A DNA stretch of 62,504 nt, counting the filler, from Phoronis australis (taxonomy: Eukaryota > Animalia > Phoronida): the NCBI GenBank assembly GCA_002633005.1. It is 5 parts of 5 records of this genome, joined end to end, with 100 filler letters (N's around TTAATTAATTAA, not from the genome) between each part and the next. Parts side by side here need not be neighbours in the genome. Positions count along the whole stretch, not along the records: positions 1 to 21,093 come from NMRA01000417.1; 4 more parts are not named here. One strand, given 5' to 3'. How positions within the stretch are numbered: the first letter of the stretch is position 1; each line of letters opens with the position of its first letter. Positions 1-11,761 of this stretch are shown piece by piece. A model generated the notes under the pieces. It had not been told where the DNA came from. It saw only the letters and a list, made by a program, of their open reading frames with translations, and did not search any database. The position numbers were made by a program, and so were the translations under genes.

Positions 1-1024
1 GTATGGCAACTCTGAAGCAGATTGTGTTGAACGTCTTAGCCGATGAGCTTAACACTAACAGTCCTTCCTATGATAGTATTAGGGACGTGACAAAAAATTT
101 CAAATTCTTATTTAATATTTAAAAATGCATTGATTTAAAAAAACATCAAAAACAGAGTCAAACAAAAAAAAAATTAACAAAATCCATTAAGCCGTTGACT
201 TTTTATGAACGTTTGAAGAGCGAAAATTAGCCCTTTTTTTTAGTCCTCTGAATACATGGGAGTAAATGCGCATTCATGTGACCCAAAATTAGTTTTTTCA
301 CAATAACTTTCTTAATACTTTTAAGAACAGCGTGAAAATTTCAGGATACGACAATCCTTGTATTTACTTAGTGAGAGACATTTTTAAGACAACAAAAATT
401 CCAAATTCCAAAATGGCGGACAATATGGCCACCATTATGATTGCAAAAGCGTCTTATTTTTACGTTAACAAACTATATGGTGTAATATACCATTAACAAA
501 CTATATGGTGTAATATATCAAATAATAGGTCTTTTAATTGCTTTTTTGACAAGAATGATTAAAAATTTTTTTAAAATATATAGGCAAGATTTTCGACATT
601 TCCGCAATAGCTCCCAAAATTACTGCATTAACGACCACCAGAAGAGATTGATTCAACAACCATGATGTACATGTAAGATATGAAATTAAAGGTGATTTTA
701 TAAACTGCAAGGATATCAAATAAGTGTTATGCATACATGTTTATTTTGTACAAAATGGCTGCCAAAATGGCTACCATCAATAAAACAAAAGTAGTTAGTA
801 ATATAATTTTACAAGACAAATGAAATCAAAATGAAATTTGTTCAACTTTAAGAACAAACTTGGGTTCGATCTGCATCAAGACAACCCAGAGGTTCAAAAC
901 TACATCTGTAACAAATACAAGGGTGCACAGAGTGCATCACATAGAGCACAGATACAAGGGATGCTCAATATTTTAATCCCACAACGGGGAGCAATGCGAA
1001 TGGAGCAAATGAACTCGAAACTTT

Positions 1025-1420
1025 AAAAATTCCCACTAGGTGACGCAGAATACATCAAATATGTCTGAAAATGGCAAGGCATTGTAGTCTCTTTAACAGA
1101 AACCTAACTACTAAGTTTCATGAAAATCCATCTATGAACTCTGAAGATACACAGGAAAACCTACAAAAAGTTGCCTCTGGGGGGGAACACCAATTGTTGG
1201 ATTGGTCTAGAACTCCTCATCCTATGTTGTCAGCAACCTCCAAAATAAACAGCCGCCAACTTCCACAAAGTTCTTGCAAAAAGCAAATTCTCAACTAGGG
1301 GGCGCCAGAGTAGTCAAACCCATTCGAACGTCAGCTGCAGTCTCCTCAGTAGGAACACACCTGCCAATTTTCAGAATGATTCTTTAAGTGGTTTGGCAGA
1401 TAGAAAAGCAGACACTAACA
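1025..1420 (-). repeat. Fragment of the HINE internal repeat family inside the transposon 3' region
   Basis: 1295-1317 (actagggggcgccagagtagtc) is the reverse complement of the motif at about 16303-16325. It also has the reverse complement of the gattttcatgaaa motif seen in the HINE units. Confidence 0.6.
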
Positions 1421-1497
1421 AATTGACTTGAAAATTCAAAATATGGCCATATAAATGTGTGGGTGTATTATAACAACCAGGATAACATAACTCCAAA

Positions 1498-3565
1498 CTA
1501 GCAAAAGTACAAGTCATTTGAGATGAAGTCCGCAGCCAGCTCGTACTTGGGCACATCATAGTCAACAGCCTCCTCTTCACTTTCACAGCTATCTTTCCAA
1601 TAACTAACACAATAAACCTCCTTCTGTTTTATCAACTTCATAACTTTACCATTGTATATGCTTCTTTCCCCTTCATCGAGCCACACATGTAAAATATTTC
1701 TGCCAACTATCAGTCCTTCCATAATATCTTTCACAGATTCTCTAACAGACAATTCATACGCACCAAGATCTTTGTCTACATTGAATGTTGCACTCTTCAA
1801 TCTCTTTTCTAACTTTCTACGACTTTGCATTTCCCTTTTCCTTGCTTTTTCCTGCATTCTTTTTTTCAACTCCCTAGTTACTTCCGTTTTCCAGCTTCTT
1901 TTTGAATCACGCTGCTTTCGAGCAATGTTAATACACATTCCGACGAGATCTTCACGACTTTTCTGATTCATGCCGTCCAGCTTCATTACAACTTTGTTTT
2001 TTTTAGCTCTAATTTTGGAGGAATGATAATCAAGTGTTGCACTAGGTGCCTTGCTCTGAGCAGCGCTAAACATGCCCATGACTTCCTCACTGTCCATATT
2101 ATGCAGGCGTGCGGAAGAAATAACTTCTTGAAAATCTGCGTCTGTTTTCAGACTGAAGTAGCGAGTGTATTGTCGTTCCAGCACAGACACAATGCCATCT
2201 AGACAGGACACCATCATCTTGTTAAACAAAGCCAGGTTGGATGGGACACTTTGGAGGCAAGCCAGACGTTCATCATGAGTCAAAACTTCACCAAATACGT
2301 CGTGAGCTGTGGTGAGAGTACGACCAGGGCTAGCTTTCAATTCACTGCAGCAGGTGATGGCAGTCTTGACAAACCCGAAAGCTTCAACATGGTTCACATT
2401 GCCCGCTGGCTTGTAGTAGCGTTTCATCCATGGCCCAGACAGCAAAACACAAACCAGGCCAAGCACCTGAAATTCAATTCGGGCAATTTCTGTGCCAAAA
2501 TCTGCGGCCAACGCTTTCTGTAATGTAGCACAATTAAGTAAAGATTCATTTAAAAACTTCTGGAAAACATCATAATACTGATAATATTTAGCAGAAATAT
2601 CAAACAGGATGTGGAGCCGATTTCCTCGATATCGTGGAATGAAAGTGCTGCCGAGCTGGGAGTCATTAAGCCACAACTTAAAAGCTTTAGGATCTCCCTT
2701 ACCATCTTTGTATCTCACTGTGTTCATGGCCCATATGATATTAGCTGCCATGCATTCACGGCCAAAAACTTTGCCTTGACCCTGTTCTTGTGCCTTAAGG
2801 TTGCCCCTGCACATACTGGCAATGGTATCCAAGGGATGAAGGTTGCAGTTTAGCTCATTTAACATTTTCCCCCATTCTGACTCCAACAAAGAAATCGCTG
2901 CATGGTTTACAGGTGCCCGATCTGACATGGTATTGTCAATGTTCTTTATAATTTGCAAACGACAATCTTCGAATGGTAAATTATACACAGAAGAATAAAC
3001 AGATGCAATGTGTCGTATGGTGTTATTAACATGCCCTGCGTAGTCTGCAGCCGTTCCACCAGGTAGCTCATCTACAGACATCACTAGAGTTTCTTCCTTT
3101 GTGGTGACATGCACACTGTTTATGTGCACCCCTTCCTGAGTGGTTGCATCAAAACCCACCGTAAGGTGGGGTACGGTCATCAGGGTCTCCCCTACAAGAA
3201 GGTCGGACAAAGCACCCAGTTCGCGTGTCATGAGCTCCACTGTGTTCCGGTGAGGTAAAGAGTCCACTTGAACACCAACTCGGTTCAGGATGCTACCGAT
3301 TAAAACAGATGCATTGTTAGTTGGTACATTATTCACAATTCCATCGTAGAACATAAGCCTCAGTTCAGTGGGATATGACTTTGACTTCTGAAATGAGGTC
3401 CCAACATCACTTTCTTTTTGAGATTTCACTATGTCTTCTAATTCTTCAACATTCTCTTGGAGCTGCTCATTTCTCTGTTGGAGTTCAGCGATGCGCTGGT
3501 CATTTGCCCTGAGTGATGGATCAGGAGTGTGACTTCTTGAGCGTTGGCTCCTTAATTTGTAATAC
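1498..3565 (-). CDS. Transposase coding exon 2: DDE/RNase H-like core with CxxH, plus C-terminal Tudor/Spindlin-like segment (spliced product 937 aa)
   Basis: Acceptor tatttcag|G at 3566/3565 completes the AG|G Arg codon, so phases match; 746+2068 = 2814 nt. Motifs: VGFDATT (D1), MSDRAPVN (D2), NCNLHPLD (CxxH), GNRLHILF, HNMDSEEVMG (E). C-terminus IVGRNILHVW...YNGKV...YCVSYW. Confidence 0.85.
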
Positions 3566-3791
3566 CTGAAATACATAAATATTGATAAGTTCCTTTCGTA
3601 ATCACTTTTTAACATAAAAAAATTAAAAAGCACACTTTTGAATGAGAAACATTTGCGTTTTTAGAGATTTATATTTGTATAAGCAATGACCCTGGTTTTC
3701 TAATGTATCATTACAAGATATGTATACACAAAGTTCACTTTATTTTGCTTACATTCAAAGTATAACTTTCACTCAAACAACATGTACAAAC

Positions 3792-4537
3792 CTCTTCATT
3801 TTACGGTGGGTATTTCTCAGCCTAGCCAATTCAGCCTGAAGTTTCCCACACTGACTTCGTCGTAGTTCACTGATTACTTTATTCTTTTGTTCAATGGTAA
3901 GTTTCTGGCGCTTTATCTGCTGTGTCAAATGCTTGATCTGGCATACTTTTGTAGACTTCAATGAAGACTTGAGATCACGAATGGTTTTCTTGTACTTAAG
4001 CTTTTCAGCAGACTTTTCCTTTGAAACATACTGTAGTCGTCTCTTTAGTTTTTGTTTCCTAGGTGTTAGGGCTTCTGGCTTAGAGGATCTTGTTGAGGTG
4101 GATGGCTCTGATTCAGCTGAAGGGCCAGCTTCAAGCTCTGGTTGTGTCAGTTCAGGAGATTCAGGTTCATGGTGAGGGTCAGCAACCTCGCAAGACACAG
4201 GTTCTTGACTGGGTTCAGGAACAAGAGGAAACAACTCTTCGCACACTTCTTTAAACTGGGACATGCTTTTTTCATTTGAAAGTGATTGATACTTCTTTAG
4301 TGACCTATTCACCAGCGATATAATGTTGCTTGCAGTAATTTTCCAATTACCGATAAGTTTACGTTTTAAAGTTAACACTGTCTCTGTCTGGGATTTGTTG
4401 CACTGCAGGAACACATAGAGGGCATGACCATTTTTCAGGTTTTCACTGGGAACAGCGCTGAAGTTCTCTTGAAGGAACTGTCTCGCTTTGCCAGGTTGAG
4501 ATGGAGCTGACAACTTTCTTCTTTTTTTTGGAGACAT
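3792..4537 (-). CDS. Transposase coding exon 1 (NLS, acidic/Pro linker, coiled coil)
   Basis: Acceptor ttttcag|a precedes ATG at 4537, giving MSPKKRRKLS (SV40-like NLS). The Lys-rich heptad region ends at donor AG|gtttgt at 3792/3791 (phase 2). Confidence 0.8.
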
Positions 4538-6145
4538 TCTGAAAATATAAAGAAAGACATGTAAGAAATAAGATACCAATGTACAGTGTCATAATATATT
4601 TGTTGTACACGAAATGATTCAGACTGCCTTTTCCTGTAACTACAATTAAACACTCATTACAAAACCTCGAACTAAAGTTTGGAATTTTTCACACTGATGT
4701 CCAACACAGTGAAAAACATGCTACTTAAATGAGCAACACATAACAAAAAAATAACATTTTCGATGAGGCGTTTAGTGTTCACAAAGTGCATTGATTTATC
4801 ATTTTTTTAAAAATTAAACAGTTCCTTTCCTTAATAAGTGTACTTCAAGAACTTGGAAACTACATATGTAAAACTTCTCCAGTTGTAGGCAAAATATGTC
4901 AGGCAAGTGTAATTATATTTTGTCAAATACCTCATAAACTTAAAGGAATCAATGTTTACTTTGATGTACCCACTCAATGATTTTCCAAGCACTAGCAACG
5001 AACTTAACTTTTGAAAGAATGACAATATCAGCAACTATTCTTGTCCCAAACTGAAGAATTTTTTAAACATGTATGATTAGAAAATCATTACATGTTATTC
5101 ATGGAAAAAATCAACAAAAACACTACTGTCATATAGAATTGACAAACTGAGGGTTTACTTCCTAAAAAACAGTAAAACATGGCAATATTGTGAAGAAAAC
5201 CTGGCCAAAAATCACAATATAAACATTCATTATCAAGAATTCGGGTTTTGAGCCAATCAAATGTCTTGGATTTGGTCACGTGACCAGAATTCGCCGGACA
5301 AAGACTACCTATAATAAGCCTTACTAACTCGTCGATTTTCAAAAAATATCAATGAAAATATATAGAACGTCATCCAAGTTGATCACTTCCGCTATTAATT
5401 TACATAAAATAGTCATTCTACCTAATTTAAGGGCAATTGTTAACCATGAACTGCCATGCTGACACTGGGTCTGTCATGGCTGGTCAGCGAGAATGCCTGC
5501 CTCGGGTCTTAACTTTCACGGAGTTAGCAGATCATGATACGGTGAATTGATTGGAATGAAATTTGGTGAACAGTTGCAAGAGATATAAAAAAAGAAAACA
5601 TATTACATTTCATAAGAATCAATGGCTTACCTTTCAAAATACAAGCTGTCAAACAGGAGCGAAAATTTCCCCCAACTTCTCACCAGTCACATGCTTTAAC
5701 AAGAATGAAAACACAACAAAGAAAATGACGTATGCCTAGAAGAATTTACTGTCTACGTCATCAATAATGTGGTTCCCTGTTTTCTTGGTTTCTGGAGGAG
5801 AGAGAGTGGAAATACTATAGCCACCGTGAAACAATGGCTGTCTAATCGATAATCGCCATTACGCAACATCTGGGAAAAGCCAATCAGCGTTGAGATAAGA
5901 CTTTGTCACGTCCCTAGCTTGCATGATGCGGATTCTCATTCTATTTCTGATTCTCATCGCCAATAGATTCTCCCTAATATTTCTAAAAATCTTGAATTGC
6001 CACTTATGGCATAAGTGACTTATGCCAATTTCAGCTTCTGTTGTGTGTACTTCAGAGGTAAAAAGCTGTATACTAAACTAACCTTGGTGCAAAGCTGTAT
6101 ACTTAAACATAAGTGTACAAGTTTGTGTCAAGCTGTATAGACACC

Positions 6146-7077
6146 GGTGACCTAAAGTCGTGAATATAAGCATAATAAGTGCCGATTGTCACACTACCCA
6201 ATGTCCGTTAGCAACTGCTCATGTGATGTCATGGACATATATCAGCCTTCACAAATATACGTGTTTTGACAATCTTAATCCTTGTTTGTCTCCGTAAGCA
6301 GAGTTTTGAAACGGTCGCTGATATCTCCGGCCATTTTGAATGAGGCCCTAAAGTCGTGACCGTTTCGGTTAGACGGAAATACACGAAGTAAGACCACACA
6401 AGTCAACTACAGTGCGTACAGTTACTCTAGATGAAATAAAAATGCATTGCATTGTTTATTAATTCAGTTGCAATTGAAATAAATTGTTATATGTTTTGCA
6501 CCCAACTTTGATGTGCACAGACGTTTTCAATGAGGTTGTTCACATAAAACGCTAAGGACCCAGCATCAATTATCTCTCTGTATTTTATTGCTTTGGCCTT
6601 ACAAAACTTTATTGACCCTGGGACATTTTGATACATTGTTCAAGCTACCCCTGGAGCTCGTGTTTGAGTAAATCTGAACAATGAATATTTNGTTCACGTA
6701 AAACGCTAAGGACCCAGCATCAATTATCTCTCTGTATTTTATTGCTTTGGCCTTACAAAACTTTATCAACCCTGGGACATTTTGATACATTGTTCAAGCT
6801 ACCCCTGGAGCTCGTGTTTGAGTAAATCTGAACAATGAATATTTTCGAAAATATATCCCAAAAATGCTCAAAAAAGTGGATTAGCGAAATATGCTGTTTT
6901 TAAGATACATTTGAAAAAAGAAGCCACTCACTCACTGTTTGTTATCATATTGTGAATACCAAGACGTCCGGGTGTTTGTTTGACGTTCGCAAGCAGACGA
7001 ACGCTGGAAACTTCAACGCCAGATGTCGCGGGACCGCGCAGATGAGGAAATAAGTTCGTTCACGACTTTAGGGCACT
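6146..7077. mobile_element. Non-autonomous TIR element (MITE)
   Basis: ggtgacctaaagtcgtgaa (6146-6164) versus ttcacgactttagggcact (7059-7077): 17/19 inverted match. A further internal copy lies near 6345. No clean TSD. Confidence 0.55.
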
Positions 7078-7210
7078 AACGACTTAGTTTAGGCCTAGGG
7101 CCTCTGATGGTACCTGGCAAGGCTATCCCAACCCCAACTAACTGCTAAAAAGTAAAGGTCTGATTTTGGCACGAGAGGTTGTAATACGGCTTTTGAACTA
7201 CTGCCTACCC

Positions 7211-7960
7211 TAGCCTTGGTACAAAGCTGTATGTAAATATACAGCTTTGCACCGATGTGGGTAAAAAAGTGGTAAGATAAAATCTGACACAAAATTAGTG
7301 TCATTAAAAACTACAGTCTTCCTTGAGTAAACAAAATTATCTAACAGTGTTGGAAAAAATGGCGTTCTACCGTTATTCTGCTGCTAAAGTTGTGGAGCGA
7401 TCTTTAGCGACGGCTTTCGGCGCCATGAAATATTGCGTCACCTATTGGCCAGTTTCTTTTTTCGCCGATTCTTCAATCAACTGCTGTTCTTTCACGAGCT
7501 TGCGTACACGTCACAAAAAATTATTGGAACTGGTTTCACTTCATTATAATTTTTTAGAATTCCGGTACCGAAAAACCGAATTTCAGAACAAATTTTGCTT
7601 ATCCGAAGTTGTCGCGAAAATTTAGGAAATGGCGCGTGCGCATGACACGAGCGCATTGTTTTCGAAACGACGACATACTTTTCACTGTTAGAAAAGGCGG
7701 AGAGTTACGCAAGAAAATGACGTTTATTGCATTGTTTTTCACTTAAACGGCTGTAACGGGCAAGGTAAGTATCGGTTGATTCCCAGATTTTGCATGCACT
7801 CCGTCCTGTCTTAGCTTTACATTTTGATACAAATTTCTCGGCGCGGTGACGAGCAGAAGTACCCTGGCTGTGTGCAATTTAGGGGTCTACGGAAGAAATA
7901 CACGCAGTGGGACCTAGCTGTATTTTGACGACAGTCATCATACAGCTAGCTGGCTGGCTA
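7211..7960. mobile_element. Dispersed non-autonomous repeat with TAGCC...GGCTA ends; partial copy at 29193-29370
   Basis: Starts tagccttggtacaaagctgtat...atacagctttgcacc (internal palindrome). About 180 bp recur at 29193-29370. The putative right end is catacagctagctggctggcta. Confidence 0.45.
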
Positions 7961-8759
7961 TGTCTACCCCAATATTTTCAGACTGAATCCGTTGACATCA
8001 TGCCCATTTAATAGAAAATAATCTTTGACTGCCTTTAAATATATGGCCTACCTCTGTTCGTCGCTACGGAGGCCATTTGTTTATTGACCTTTTACGGATA
8101 GACGTCACGAACGCAAAGCGTTATGGGATATTGGTTCTCCAAACCAAACGTGGAACTACAACCTGCAGAGATCAATGTCATGTTATGGAAGCATTTTAAA
8201 CAGCCAGAAGTTCAACTCAATCCATACTCCCATTTTTTCGAACGGAATATTACATAAATGACTCTTCTTTAGGTCTGGATTAATCAACCATTATCCCGCA
8301 ATTCTGTACTCACAATCACATGCGCACGCGTCATGTCATTGGTGATGACCTCATTTTACGACAAATAACTGTCACACTTTCCACCTAAACTGTGGTCAAA
8401 ACTATAAGTGACAGACTAATGTGACTTTAAAATTTGCTTCATTATACAAAACTTGTATCCATGCGTAATTTTGTAAAAATAAATATAAGACGAAAAGCCA
8501 ATTTTCGTTGTCGTAAAATTTATTTCCTGTTTACGTTCATTTTGGCTTGGGTAAAACGTGTGGTTGCGTACGTGACATTGAACCCGATTACAGAGATGAT
8601 TTGACCCATACTAAATGAATCGGACCATAATTAAACATTGAGAAGAGTGAAAAGCTGTTTACACGTTTAATTGAACCGGTGAGTTGAAAGTTACTCAAAA
8701 ATCTGGTTTGTCTGTCAAAGCCCAAGGTCATCGTTCAGTTTCGTTGTAGCCTAGGGCTG

Positions 8760-11700
8760 CCTAGGCCAGGTAAGTTCGGGTTAATAATAATATCCGACGA
8801 AACCACCTAGCTCGACTTGCTTAGGGTGGGGGAAACCCGGACAGCGGTAAAATACGGACAAGTCTAAATAAACGTCAAATATATTAATAACCAAGATGCC
8901 TTACCACTAAATGAAAAGATTATTCATAAGGTAGGGGAAGTTCGGGTAAATGCAGACGAAACCACCTAGTTTTGAACAATAGTAGGGATTTATTTATCAC
9001 CTCACTTGAATTACAACAAAGTTTCAACAGATATGAGGCATGTTCAGCAATGTAGTAAATGTCGACGTCAGTCTCAGCTGTGGCGTCTCTGTTGTATAGT
9101 CCGGGTACCTATCGTCGTCAGGCTCCAAAGGTCGTCCGCCATCTTGTTTCGCATGCAGCGCAACCACGCGGGACTTAGCGTTCCAATTTGGAGTGCTCGT
9201 CTGCACGTTAGGTACTAACCTCTCGGGAGAAACACGCATGGAAGAACTGAGACTAAAACTAATGCATTTACCGACTCTTTTTTGAGACCACTTAAAAACT
9301 TGTAGATTTTACTAATGCACTTTTTTGTTCATTTTCAGAAGATATTTTCGAAACTAAATTTTCTTCAGACGGAACAAAAAGCAACTCAGGGGTTGTTTAT
9401 GCAATGTATCTATTTCTCCCAGGCACTAACCGACATCTGTTTGGCCAAAGGAAAAACGCAGCAGACAAATGGATCACGCTGGGTGCTTAACAGTTTCAGC
9501 CCACGCCTTAGTCATCAAAATATTGTTTACTTGTTTTTTATATTGCCACACAAAGTACTGAGCTCAACATTTATGTTGAAATTTTTGGTTAAAGCATTTT
9601 GAATTTATTTCAAGAAAATTAAAATACTTGAATTGATAGAGAATGGCCACCAATAAAGTAAAACATTGACTTTATTTCACTATATTGCAATTGTTACATA
9701 CAACACAGCATGACATAATCAAAAATAAAAGAAGAGATTGAGCAATAAAATTCAAATGCGACTTGGGTATTTATTTATTTATTTATGATTGCATAAGCCT
9801 GTTAAAGATGAGAAAAAAATCAAACAATACGATTATGGGTAATTTATTAGAACAATTGTATTGAGGTTCAATGATCAACTTGCGCCGACAAAGTCTCAAA
9901 GGGTTATACTTCTGTTCTGGCTGACAAGGTGTTAACAGAAAATGAAGAGAAACTGAAAAGAAAAAATAAGACAGCAACGAGAAGTGGTGTTAAGTACAAC
10001 AAGATCAAAAAGTCAAATAAAGAGGTCACAAACAGAAATAAGTAAGGTATATCTGGAATAAAACAATCCAGGGCTCAGCCGTGATTTATTTTCCAGAACT
10101 GAAATTCTAAATCAATTTTAATCGATTTAAAAATCGATATCATACTAGTAAAGCAGTTTGTGGTTGAAGTAGAATTGTTGTATACCACTTTCCACTATTT
10201 TCTTGGCCTTTTTCTTTGTGGTTTGCTGTTCTTTCAAAAGGCGGCAGCATATGACGACCATAGGTGTCGTTATAAAATGGCTGCCGAAAAGCAATGCACA
10301 GTTGAACAACTCGGCATAAGTAAAAGAAAACGTTTGAATCAACGAATACTATATATTTGTGAGAGTTAAATCAAATCCTATTCAGATCATAACTTTGAAG
10401 TGGAATGATTGGGTAAGTACGACAACAAGCCGGTTTTATGCTTAGGCGGACGACCATTGGGTTCCCGAGTATAATAAAGTCGGCTGCCTAGCAGACACAC
10501 ATGTTCGGGCCTATTAACACGGTGCAAGAGAAAACTCCGGAGTATACTCACATTACGTCCGTACAGGACGGCAGCGAACTCCAGAAGGCCCAGACGATCT
10601 TGTCACGTGGTCTTGATGGGCGACTCGTCACGTGATAGATGGGTGACCTCGGCTGGGCTCTTCTGGCGTTAGATGTCGTACCAGGCCAAGACCAACATTG
10701 TTAACAAAAGGACATCACAACATAGAGACGCCACAGCCGACATTTACTACATCTCTATGTTGTGATGTCCTTTTCGTTACAATGTTGGTCTTGGCATGGT
10801 GCGACACAGTGTTGTATTAGTTGGCTGCAGCTACTGCTACAGTCAAACAGGTTCGGCCTATTGAACACGGTGAAGAGTAAAGTCTAGAGTGTACTTACAT
10901 CACATCCGCACGGGACGGCCACAAACTCCAGAAACCCCAGATGATCTTATCAAGTGGTCCTGAGAGGTGACTGGTCACGTGATGACAGGGTGACCTCTGC
11001 TGGGCACTTCTGACATCAGGTGTCGCACAATGCCAAGACCAACATTGTAACGAAAAGGACATCACAACATGGAGACGCCACAGCTGATACTGACGTCGAC
11101 ATTTACTACAGCACCTTATGTCGCTCTGCCGTCTGCTTCGCGTGGTGATTTCGAAAGTCTGCAGTAGGTACACTGTCTTTCCAAGTTTTATTTAGGTCAC
11201 TTGGTCACTTGTCATGTAAATGAACTTGAATTTACTTGATGCATAATTCATCACTATGCAGTTTTATGTGTTAATTCCAATACAAAATCTTACAAAAAGC
11301 ATGATTTGACAAAAAAAAACTTGTGTCTGAAATTTCCCCTCCAACTTTTTGTATGTTGCGGTGTTTTTAGGCTACTAGATGCTTTTCTTGACGTTTTCTT
11401 GAGAGATTTTCGTAATCAGGTGATGACCTTCTGTTTTAAGAAGTCAATCTAAAACTTAATTTGTCAACAACAAATGCGCTGTCTACCACGTGGGCTGCAC
11501 ACAAATTGGTAAGGGCGGATGTACTTTTACGTTGTTTATGTGGCCAGGACATGATATGATGACTTCTTAAATTTTGTTATTCGTCTGATGATAAGACTGC
11601 TAAATAATACCTAAATTCATTTTTTGAAATCATAAAGTTAGTACTGTTATATATTTTGTCCGAGTTTTACCTATTCAGAATTTGCTGGTCCGATTTTCCC

Positions 11701-11760
11701 CGACACTCCGTTGTTATTATTCTTAAAATTCGAAAGCATTGAAACTGAACTAGTAACGAA
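8760..11760 (+). mobile_element. Dispersed MITE-like repeat, interrupted copy (intact relative at 33970-34995)
   Basis: 8835-9046 and 11111-11760 align co-linearly with about 33985-34855. Imperfect inverted motifs gttcggggaaa..cggac / gtccga.tttccccga are present. Confidence 0.75.
9051..11110. mobile_element. Non-autonomous Ginger-like TIR element (TGT...ACA, about 39-bp TIR, 4-bp TSD)
   Basis: TGTAGTAAATGTCGACGTCAGTCTCAGCTGTGGCGTCTC at 9051 and its near-perfect reverse complement ending at 11110. Flanks are gcaa/gcac. The empty site is visible in the paralogous copy near 34151-34170. Confidence 0.75.
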
Positions 11761-11761
11761 C

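Larger units (their letters stand above)
82..5914 (-). mobile_element. Full-length, probably autonomous cut-and-paste DNA transposon (5.8 kb) with 13-bp TIRs and TA flanks
   Basis: Left end TA|GGGACGTGACAAA (82-94). Right end TTTGTCACGTCCC|TA (5902-5914) is its exact reverse complement. TA lies at 80-81 and 5915-5916. It encloses a long stop-free spliced transposase gene. Confidence 0.88.

Noticed and set aside
1652-2853. Plus-strand ORFs 1652-1966, 2251-2523 and 2611-2853 (and 3894-4175)
   Set aside because: They are antisense shadows of the transposase gene.
6538-6843. ~155-bp near-perfect tandem duplication
   Set aside because: The copies meet at a single N (6691), so this is most likely an unmerged contig overlap.
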